Below, piece by piece: positions 10,474 through 20,175 of a stretch of DNA of 64,000 bases. The DNA is from Macrostomum lignano. Its lineage: Eukaryota. The notes beneath the pieces were generated by a model. That model was not told the origin of the DNA. It made no database searches and saw nothing but the letters and a program-made list of their open reading frames with translations. How positions within the stretch are numbered: the stretch's first letter is position 1; each line of letters opens with the position of its first letter. The DNA lies in the NCBI GenBank assembly GCA_002269645.1, contig NIVC01000199.1, positions 682,001-746,000 of the forward strand, in the 5' to 3' direction. Both the position numbers and the translations under genes were made by a program.

Positions 10474-11498
10474 AGAGCGGAGGGGGAGGCTGCCCTAAGC
10501 CCTGCACGCACGCAGAGCACCAGCACCCCACCAACCCACCAAAGCGAGGCCAGGCCGGCGCGGGGGGGGGGGGTTTAAAACCAGTTAGAGTCAGATACCT
10601 GCCTCAAACTGACGTAATATCTTACATCGAAGTCGTAGCATTATCATTATACTCTTAAGCGATAATAACTCTAAGTACCATTAAATTACTCTAAACTTAT
10701 CCGTTTTTTATAATATATATAATAAATAACGCCATATTTATTTGTTGATCCATAAGCCATGGCATTTTCTTGAGTCATTTGCCCACGGGGCGTAAAACAA
10801 TCATAGTTCTCGACTAAAGAAAGTTCTGAGACTCATTCGTTCCGTAATACGTAAATTACGCTGGTGGCAGCTCTACTACCCTACTGACAGTAATCAGCTC
10901 GACAGATTGACGCATTAATTTAAGGTGTCAGAATCTCCGGCGTCTACCATTTGAACGACCGTGCCGCTAACGACCGCTCCGCTACGATTACAGCTACCCT
11001 CCCCCCGGAACTTTTGGACCCCGGCAGTCGGAGTAAAACAGGTGAAGTATTTGTACTTTCCTCGATAGCGTCTAGAGGTACAGGTGTCATGCCTGTGGTT
11101 GACTAGAAGTCTCCAATAGAATCGCTGCCACCAGTGCAGTGTCGGCGTCTTCGGGCTGTCAGATCTTCTGGCTCCTGGCCGGTGACCTCTAGTTGGCGGT
11201 TTCTTAGAAACTAGTTCTCGTAGCGTAGGTAGTGCTTCCACCAGCTTCGCAGAGTCGCAGCCTTCGGTGAGGTGCTGAGCTCGTAGAAGCAAATAACTAA
11301 GACGAGAGAAAGAGACTCGCACTTCGTGCAGATTTAGCAGTTCTCGCGCAGAGGTGCCCACCGTCAGCAGTCCCTGCCGGGCTGGTGCGGGGTGAGAGCG
11401 AAAGTGCTAGCTTCGGGCGATCTGAGCTGGCCTGCTAATTGACAGCAGCTGAGCAACGGAAGCAGGCACGCGCAAAGTCGGGAGTCTTGGAGTTCAAC

Positions 11499-11866
11499 TT
11501 AAGCTAGAGACATGATTCTTTCTGCGGAAGACACCGACTGGCACGCTCTAATGATCTGTAGAATCTCAAATCTGAGTTTATTACTACAGCTTGGCAATTC
11601 CTGATTGATTTTCCCGAATTCCCCCATTTGAATACATTAGAATTTTTCGGAATCTCCGCCATTGAATATCTGGAAAGCTGATTAAGCTAGAGACATGATT
11701 CTTTCTGCGGAAGACACCGACTGACACGCTCTAATGATCTGTAGAATCTCAAATCTGAGTTTATTACTACAGCTTGGCAATTCCTGATTGATTTTCCCGA
11801 ATTCCCCCATTTGAATACATTAGAATTTTTCGGAATCTCCGCCATTGAATATCTGGAAAGCTGATT
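11499..11866. repeat. Tandem duplication, 2 x 183 bp
   Basis: TTAAGCTAGAGACATG... starts at 11499 and again at 11682; one substitution noticed. Confidence 0.95.
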
Positions 11867-12224
11867 AAAAAATGCATACTGACTATACTATACACTCAAA
11901 AGAAGGGTTTTTCGAGGAAGATCTTCTCTTCTACCAGAAGATTTTCTGGTAGAATACGAGCGTATCCCTTACAACCCATCCCTTAGAGTTATACCGCAGG
12001 CTGTAAAAATAGAACAGTCAAATGGTATAAACTGTAAAGTTTCAATGTTGAAGTGAAAACAAAGTGTGATTTTTTGCCATTTCTGGGCAACGGAGCTTTT
12101 TTCCTGCTTTGGCTCAGGGGCTAGAGCAAAATTTAATTAACCAGCAAGAGGTAGCTGATGTATATAAATTTCAAAGAATATAAATGAAAATTACAGTCAA
12201 AATAAGTAAAAAAACGGTGACATT

Positions 12225-12306
12225 GTCGGCGGCGAACTTGCGACGGTGAACTTGCGGCGGCAAAATTGTGGCGGTCAAATTGTGACGGTCATCTGTCGTA
12301 GACCCG
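12225..12306 (-). mobile_element. Probable single terminus of a non-autonomous DNA transposon with subterminal repeats
   Basis: Minus strand reads GGGTCTACGACAGATGACCGTCACAATTTGACCGCCACAATTTTGCCGCCGCAAGTTCACCGTCGCAAGTTCGCCGCCG, a run of degenerate 15-mers. The partner end was not found. Confidence 0.4.
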
Positions 12307-13282
12307 AGAAGCCGTGACCAGCTGCCGCTTTAAGTGTTGGAACGCGCTAGGTATGATGCATCGGAGCTAAGAACTCATACATTCAGTAACATGCTAAAAT
12401 TTCCACCGGAAAAACGGTGGTCAACAAGTGGCAGTTTTAATCCAACTCTAGGCATTACTCTCTATTCTCTCCTCAACAGCCTCAGCTGGAGGCTCCTTGT
12501 GACGTAAATTGCACCACCCACTTGGAAACGAGAACCCATAGGCGTAGGTGAATTGCGTAGGTGATTTCGGGGTGGAAACTTGAGCATGTTGGTGAGTGCG
12601 TACTACTTAACTCAAGCTTAGGGATGCGCTGACCCTACTGATACGAGTAGAATAGTCGACCTGACAGTCCCGGAAGAAAAGAGCACAGAAGCAGTGCTTA
12701 TTGGTCGAATTGTAGTGGTCTTCTGCATGGTCTGCGATTGTTTTCTCCTATTTCTTACACGCGAACTTGTGAAACATCAAGCGTTAAACTATAGTGAAAC
12801 GTTCTGTAGCAGCTTGTTTTCAGCGACTGAAAAACAACGATAGATTGATAAGTATGTAGCTGAGTTGAATATTGCCCGAAATTAGAGCAACCATTGATCA
12901 ACAAAGCTACATACTAAACAAGTGCACTGTGTATGTATTTTGTCCAGCACAGATGTCACTATTCGTCACTCTCTGGCCATTATTTCACACTTATTTCTGA
13001 CGTAGACACGTCAGGACGTCTACGTCTGACGTAGGCCTACGCCACTAATTTTTGCGCAACTTCCCTAATTAATCCTCTGTGATTCCTGCGCCCCCGTGAT
13101 GACTCAAGGTTATCGCCAAACCCACTTCTCCGCGCATCAACCCCACCTCCCTTCTATTGTTCGAAATCATATATGCGTGTGACAGTTGTATGAACCCATA
13201 TTTCACCAAACTTTTTTCGCTTGCTACGTAATCCCACATCATAAATCACTTTTCTCCGCTGCGCGCCACCCAGATTTTTCGT

Positions 13283-13414
13283 CCAATCACAGCGCGGCTG
13301 GTGGGTGACGTCATCAGGTTTGCTTGGTAACGGAGATCAAGGACAAGTCCGGCCTTCAATATCACGAATTCTGCTCACGTGATCTCGTGACGCGTGGTCT
13401 CAGGGCTATAAATA
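13283..13414 (+). promoter_or_regulatory. Candidate Pol II promoter (CCAAT, CRE, E-box, TATA)
   Basis: CCAAT at 13283, TGACGTCA at 13306, CACGTG at 13376, TATAAATA at 13407, in canonical order. Confidence 0.5.
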
Positions 13415-14457
13415 AGAGCCCGTTTTGAGCCCTGAGCGGCAACTCTCGAAGCGACACGTCTTAATTTTACCCTCCCTCCCTATATCGTTCCTATTTCCCT
13501 CCGTCTCTCACCCTTTTGCTTTAAAACCCCCTTTAACGTGTCTCGTCTGTACTGATCTCCGTGACTGCAGCCACCGCCGTGACCGTGACTCATTTCCCAT
13601 GATTCGTGGTATGAAGTGTGTGTAGTGATCGCGCCTGTAGCAGGGCATGGAATAGAAGCTGTGGATCAGAGTGGAAGATCACTGAGTATAAGTTGAGTTC
13701 AATCAAATAATCATAGCAGTAGCAATGCTCCCAAATAAGTCCCGGTACGATGTGCACCAGGAGAGAGCTCTGGGACCTGAACTTCGCTATCCCTTGCCGG
13801 CCTTGAACCCATCTAGCAGGAAAGACATCAAAATGGCGTTACCTATCCATTCTTGGGATCCTGGTGCTTAGGAAGGAAACGTAGTCACTAGCTAAAAGAT
13901 CCCTCTAAGTAAAAGTCCTCGCTTCCAGCATTGACTGTCCTTGTGTGCTTTGCATATAATCACTTATTCGGCCATTTCTGGTACAGTTGGAGTCAAGAAC
14001 CTTCGTCTGTTACAGACCGGGAGTCCTGTCTCGTTAGTGGGAGTTTTACCGAGTGCACTCCTGCACAGGTGACTGGTGGCGGCTGCGCCTCTGGCGTGTG
14101 TGTGTGTGTACCCGCCCGGGCCTGCAGTCCAGCTAGATAATGGGATCTTTGGCCGCAAAGTCAGCTACCGCACCATCCAGAGGCGGACAAAGTCTAGGGA
14201 ACGAGGCCTGGTGGCTGTACCTTTCAGCGCCAGAGCCCAGGGGTTGCATGGGTGTTTTCATGCAACCCGGGTTAAAATTTCACTTACTTCACGCTAATGC
14301 AAAGATAAGCTAGGAGAGTTGAATAGATTTAGTAAACGTGGGAAAGCAGTCACTTACATAGGGTACTTGTATATGTACATTGGGGAGCAAGTGTGGAATA
14401 ATGCTCAAAATTAGTTGCTATTGTGTCTGGGTGATCTGAAAATAAGTCTGAAAGTAT

Positions 14458-14651
14458 TGTAAGACCGTGGGTTGAATTGCAGAGAATCAAAACGTGAGGA
14501 GACCTCACTGGCTCACGCCAATATATTTATTGCCAAAGTTGGGGTGGGTGTAACCACCCTAAGCACGCACACGCCGCAGCGCTAAACCCCAACCCCCAAA
14601 CCAGCCAGACGTGCACATCTAAGTGCACGCGCACCAACAAGCCAGACTACA
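14458..14651 (-). repeat. 3' LTR of the Gypsy element
   Basis: No difference from 19206-19399 seen by eye; adjacent to the PPT. Confidence 0.97.
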
Positions 14652-14687
14652 CTACTTTCCCCCTAGAAGCAAAAGACAGTTCCAGAG

Positions 14688-17600
14688 TCAAGCAAAGCCC
14701 GCCATGTACAAGTCAGGTGGCCGCCGCTCTCTCGCCGACCGCCGCGGAACCGTGACCGGCTCGGCCGGTGCCGCCGGCTGCTCCTCGGGTGCCTCGTCTG
14801 CCTGCAGCTCGGGCCAGAAGGTCACCGCGTCGCCGCCAGGATCGGCCGCCTGCCCGGGCGGCTCAGCGACGGTGCCGTCGTTGTCGAAGTCGGCGGCCGG
14901 CGGCTGGTGGTCTGCTGCGGCCGGAAGCTCCAGTGACGCCCGCCGCTGCACGAAGCACTTGAGGCGGTCGTGGTGCACCACCAGCCGGCGCCTGCGGCCG
15001 GTCTCGTCCTGGATGCGGTAATTGACCTCGCCCAGGCGCCTCAGGACTCGGTACGGCCCCTTCCACTTGGCGCTCAAACACCGCGTCTGGCCGCGCTTGA
15101 CGACGGAGTTGCGCAGCATCACGAGCTGGCCCTCTTCGAACGGCACAAACGAGAGTCCTGGTTGGCCAGCCGGTTGCGCTCGGCCTGGGCGCTCCGCAGT
15201 CGGCCGTGCACCGTGTCGAAGGCGCTCTGCAGGTTCTCCTGAGTCCGCCGCAGGAAGCCGTGATGTCCACCGTCGGCTGCCGGCCGGTCGCCGCTTATCA
15301 GCCAGCTGTCGAGATCCAGCCTCGGTGGCCAGCCGTGGAGGACCTGGTACGGACTGAGGCCGATGGTGCTGTGCACGGAGGTGTTGTAGGCCCAGGTCAC
15401 ATATGGCAGCTTGCTGTCCCAATCCTGCTGGTTCTCGGCCACCGTCGTCGCCAGCATATCGCCGAGCGTCCGGTTGCCTCGCTCGACGATTCCGTTGCCG
15501 CTCGGATGAAACGGCGACGTGCGCGTCTTTTCGACGCCCAGCTTCTCGCAGAGCCGGCCGAACACCTCGCTCTCGAATTGCCGTCCCTGGTCACTGTGCA
15601 GCACCTGAGGAGCGCCGTGACGCAGAACCACCGACTTGAGCAGCGCATCCGCCACCGTAACCGCGTCGATCGCCGCCAGGGCTGCCGTCTCCATCCACTT
15701 GGAGAAGGCGTCGCACATGCTCAGGATGTACGCCTTGCCATCAGTCGTACGCGGAAGCGGCCCTTTGATGTCGATCTGCACCAGCTGCCACGGAGCCGTC
15801 GGCTGGCACGTCGACTGTAGCGGCGCCTTCTGCGGCTTGGTTGGACTCTTCTTGGCCAGGCAGACCGCACAGCTGGCCACCCAGTTCTCGACGTCCCGTC
15901 GCAGACCAGGCCACCAGCAGCGCTCAGACAATCTCGCTCCGGTCTTGTCGACGCCGAGGTGTCCGCTCTGGTCACACGAGTGCGCCTGCTGCAGGAAATG
16001 TGGCCGCAGATGACCGGGAATGACTGGCCGGCCACCGACCAGCAGGACTCCCGCCGAGCTCACCGAGGCCTCGTCCAGCAGCTCGCGAACCTGCGCCGCC
16101 CATGAATCGGACAGGCTGTCAATCCCTTCGGTCAGCGCCTGGAACGCCTTGCTCAGCAGCGGATCTTGCAGTTGCTCCTCGTGCAGGCGGCTGTCGTCCC
16201 ACCGAGGCTGCAGGCGCGTGCCGGCCACCCGGCTCAGCGCATCCGGCACGACGTTGTCCATGCCAGGCCGGTACAGCAGCTCGAACGAAAACTGCTGCAG
16301 CGTAGAAAGCCATCGCGCCAGCCGACCTTCGGGGTCCTTCGTTGCCAGCAGACCTTGCAGTGGCCGGTGGTCCGAGTAGACTCTGAAGCTCGGAACACTC
16401 AGCAGGTACGTCCTGAAGTGCTTCAAACTCCAGACAAGCGCCAGCAGCTCGCGGTCGGTCGCCGAGTAGTTGCGCTCGGCCTTGTTGAGGGTGCGAGAGG
16501 CGAACGCCACAGGCAGCTCGGCGTCACCGTGCAGCTGGCTGAGCACCGCGCCGACGGCGAACTGACTGCTGTCGCAGCTGAGCACAAACTGCTTGGTGAA
16601 ATCTGGCAGTCGCAGCACCGGAGCTGTCGTCAGCCGGTCCTTCAACTCGCGGAACGCTCGCTCGCAGTCGCTGCTCCACGCGAAGTCCCTCGATTTCACG
16701 CTGACGTCGTGCAGGACCCTCGCCGTCTGGCTGAAGCCTGGGATGAACCGGCGGTAGAAACCCAGCATTCCAAGAAACCGCTTCACCTCCTCGTTCGTCG
16801 TTGGGCTGGGCATGCTGCGAATGGCCTCGACCTTGCCGGGATCCGGTGCGATGCCCTGCTCGCTGATCAGGTGTCCCAGGTACAGCACCCGGCGATGGCC
16901 GAACGCGCTCTTGGCCTTGTGCAGCTTGAGTCCCGCGTCTCGCAGCCGCTTAAAAACTTCCGCCAGCCTCTCTAAGTGCTCGTCGAACGTCCTGCTGAAG
17001 ACAATGATGTCGTCGATATAAGTCAGCACGGACTCCCAGGACAGGCCGGACATCACCAGCTCCATGAGCCGCTGGAACGTCGCCGGGGCATTGCACATCC
17101 CGAAGCCCATCTTGCAGAATTGCATCAGGCCGCGCGTCGAATAGAAAGCCGTCTTGTACCGGTCCTCCTCCGCCACCTCCACCTGGTGGTAGCCCTGCCG
17201 GCAGTCGATGGTGGAGAACCAGGAGCATCCGACAAGCGCATCCATGGCCTGCTGCAGGTGCGGCAGCGGGTATGCATCCTTGACCGTGCAGGCGTTGAGC
17301 TGCCGCCAGTCCGTGCACAGTCTGATGTCGCCGTTCTTCTTGCGGACCACCAGCAGGTTGCTGGCCCATGGCGATGTCGACGGTTCGATGATGCCGCTTT
17401 CCAGCATCTGACCGATCTTCTTGTCCACCTGGTCTCGCACAGACAGCGGCAGCCGGCGCTGGACCTGCCGGTGTGGCCGCGCTCCCGGCTCCAGCTCGAT
17501 TTGGTGCTGCAGCAACGCCGTCGTGCCCAGGTCGTACTCGTGCCTGGCGAACAGGTCCTCGTTGCTCTCCAACAGCTGTCGCAGCCTCGCAGCATCCGGT

Positions 17601-18493
17601 TCGGGCAGCTCCGCGTTGATGTTCCAACCGACGGGGTTCTCCTGGGCCGCCTCCTGGCGACCGTCCCCGTCTGTCATCGCGCCTTCGAACGTGCCGACCG
17701 CCTTGTTGGCGTACAGCAGCACGGGCTCCTCTGCAAGGTTGCACATTTTCACCGGGATGCGGCAGTCGTCCGAGACCGCCAGCACGCGGCCCGGCAGGAC
17801 GGCAGTGGACTTCACGAAGTCCTCAGACGGCTCAAAGACTCCCTGCTCGCCGCTGGAATCCACCTTGAGCCACACCAGCTTCTCGCTGCGGGCGGGCAGC
17901 TCCGTAGTTGCCGCCACACGCGCCACCAGGACACTCGGCACCAGGCGACAATCTGCTCGAGCCGGCTCGCTGCTGAAAGGCACAGCTGTGCCGTCGAACC
18001 TGACGACGCCTTCTTTAATGTCAATGGTCATCGCCTGCGACACCTCGCCAATGAAGTCCATGCCGATGATCAGGCTGGGCTGGATGCCGTCCACGACTGT
18101 GAAGCGATGGCGCACGCGGATGGTCTGGCCGATCGAAACATCCGCTGCTGACAGGCCAAGGCAGCGCAGCCGGGATCCGTCGACAGCCGTCGGCAGCGCA
18201 CCGATGTCGGTGGAGTCGATCTTGCACTGCAGTCTGTCGAACAGTGACTTGTCCATCAACGAAACTTGCGCGCCGGTGTCGAGCAGAGCAGGCGCTGACA
18301 CGCTGCCAAAGTGCACCTTCACGAAGACTGAAGGCGCTGATCTGAGGGCCCCTTTTGAGCGGGTCGGTGCTGGCCCCAGGCTGCCGACCCTCAGAAGTTT
18401 CCCTGCGGCTGACCAGTTGGTGTCGGGCACACCGCGGCGGAGTGACCCTTGCCTGAGCACCGGCTGCAGCGGCTGCCGATCGCCTTTGGGCAC
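14688..18493 (-). CDS. Gypsy pol (protease, RT, RNase H, integrase); one frameshift near 15150 before the GPY/F tail
   Basis: Motifs LLDTGA, YIDDII, CDSS/DRELLA, HxxxxxxxH...CxxC, QIDIKGP, HSDQGRQFE, NGIVER. The WKGPYRVL tail continues in the 14688-15422 frame. Confidence 0.95.
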
Positions 18494-19185
18494 CGCCTAG
18501 CAATGTGACCCGGCTCGCCGCAGCTGAAGCACTTAATGGGTCCCTTCTGACGCCTGTCTCTTCCGGGTGGTCCCGTTCGCACGCTGGCTGTCAGCTGCTG
18601 CATCTGCTGCTCCAGCTGGCTCAGCCGTCTGTCTTCTACCGACACCGCGGCTGATGAGGCTGTAGTTGCGTGGCTCACCAGCTCAAGCTGCGCAGCTCTG
18701 TCGACGATGGCGGCCAGCGAACACGAGTCCGCGTCCTGGTCCTTCAACAGCGCATCTCTCACGGCAGATGGCAGGAGGCGCATCAGACGAAACTTCACGT
18801 CCTTTTCCCGAGCCGCCACGGAGTCGTCCGGGCGGGCCCGAAGGTGGAGAAGCTTCAGGCTGTAAGCGAGCTCCCTCAGCGACTCGTTGGGCTGTCGCTT
18901 TCGCTCTTCAAACTCCTCCATTGCTCTGTAGCAGCTCAGACTGTTGCCGAAGCACTCGATCAGCTTCTCCTTCAGCCTTTCATAGCTGGCTGACACGTCT
19001 GCCGGCTGCTCCCAGACGAAGATTTGCGCTTCTCCTGTCACCAGCAGTCTCAGCTTCTTTGCCTTCTTCTTGTCGTCCCATTCGCAGTCGTCGGCGAAGT
19101 CCTCAAACGTGCTTAGCCACATTCTCACGTTGGAGTCGCCGCTGAACTTTGGAGGCAATAAACTGGCTTGCTCTGATTTGGCCAT
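18391..19185 (-). CDS. Gypsy gag with two CCHC zinc knuckles
   Basis: PPKFSGDSNVRMWL N-terminus; CFSCGEPGHIARRC and CSRCSGKGHSAAVC. Confidence 0.95.
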   Translation of the reverse strand: MAKSEQASLLPPKFSGDSNVRMWLSTFEDFADDCEWDDKKKAKKLRLLVTGEAQIFVWEQPADVSASYERLKEKLIECFGNSLSCYRAMEEFEERKRQPNESLRELAYSLKLLHLRARPDDSVAAREKDVKFRLMRLLPSAVRDALLKDQDADSCSLAAIVDRAAQLELVSHATTASSAAVSVEDRRLSQLEQQMQQLTASVRTGPPGRDRRQKGPIKCFSCGEPGHIARRCPKAIGSRCSRCSGKGHSAAVCPTPTGQPQGNF

Positions 19186-19205
19186 ACTGAGACCGCTGCC
19201 ACCAG

Positions 19206-19399
19206 TGTAAGACCGTGGGTTGAATTGCAGAGAATCAAAACGTGAGGAGACCTCACTGGCTCACGCCAATATATTTATTGCCAAAGTTGGGGTGGGTGTA
19301 ACCACCCTAAGCACGCACACGCCGCAGCGCTAAACCCCAACCCCCAAACCAGCCAGACGTGCACATCTAAGTGCACGCGCACCAACAAGCCAGACTACA
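19206..19399 (-). repeat. 5' LTR of the Gypsy element
   Basis: Followed on the minus strand by the PBS. Confidence 0.97.
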
Positions 19400-20175
19400 G
19401 TATGTATACGCTACTTTTGTTTATTGGACTTTGACCCTACGAGTACTGGTAACCCTGCAGTTGTCTGAAGTAAGAATTTTCCCTCTAGCTATCTGTAATA
19501 TTCCATTGGGGTGGAACTTTTGACTGTTGCTGAGTATACTAGCAAATCAAATTTGGTCACGGAGGCTAAGAGATAGTTGGGGGAGCGCTCGGCGGGCAGT
19601 CTAGCCAATCAGATGCCGATAACTGTGGCAGACAGAATGGGGTGGGTTATGCGAACGCGGCGAGTGCAGTTCCCGGCCCACCCGACCGACCGCCAGGGAT
19701 TGCGTATTGGTAAAAATGCCCCGGGGCACAACGTATGGAAAATTTAAACTTTGTTTCAAACGACGCATTGGATTAACGCAAAATCGAACTTACTTACAGC
19801 CATTTAAATCGTCCTTGTCTGTTTATTTCTTCGAGCCAGTCATCCAAAATCTTTCAGACAACTTTTGACGACCTTTGACGACTGATACATGAAAGTGTAA
19901 TGCACAGAAGGGTCTATATTTTCTCTGCGGCTGACCCTGTTGCATGAATATCACCGACTAATATCTCTAGGCTGTCCATTTCACATGTGATTGAAACCAC
20001 TATGTACTGGAAAATCTTAGTCGCTAGATACTCGTAGATTTAAATCGGTGCTACAGAAAATTTACAATATTTATAAACACACGATTTTACTTGTCAGCCG
20101 ATAAAGGTTTCAGACCACATATAAAAGAATACACGCTTTAAAACAAGCAGCAACTCAACGGTGTTCATTATAGCC

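Larger units (their letters stand above)
7112..10580 (-). mobile_element. DIRS/Ngaro-like retroelement (gag, RT, RNase H); no tyrosine recombinase or terminal repeats seen; boundaries approximate
   Basis: gag at 9367-10473 has a SAP-like N-terminus and a C-terminal CxxFN..C..C.FAH.C..C..H finger. RT motifs: WTPVLLGDSDAEFLIAGIRDGF, GAVPKADGAIRLIHDAS, KVDLRHAY, LPFG, YLDN. RNase H motifs: TDAC, HINAKE, IDS, LSDPLSR. Confidence 0.85.
14458..19399 (-). mobile_element. Full-length Ty3/Gypsy LTR retrotransposon
   Basis: 194-bp LTRs (TG...CA) at 14458-14651 and 19206-19399, a GTAT 4-bp target-site duplication on both sides, PBS TGGTGGCAGCGG (tRNA-Leu type) at 19193-19204, PPT AGGGGGAAAGTAG at 14652-14664, domain order PR-RT-RH-IN. 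Confidence 0.98.

Noticed and set aside
10915-11361. 148-aa minus-strand ORF as the missing recombinase or an accessory gene
   Set aside because: It has no YR catalytic motifs or other recognisable domain and starts at GTG.
11140-11430. Cluster of CTTCGG and GAAA tetraloop-like words suggesting a structured RNA
   Set aside because: Most flanking stems are only 1-4 bp on inspection, and no coherent fold was found.
15119-19185. Many antisense and alternate-frame ORFs over the Gypsy, DIRS and LINE coding regions
   Set aside because: These are expected shadows of GC-rich codon usage and show no independent motifs.
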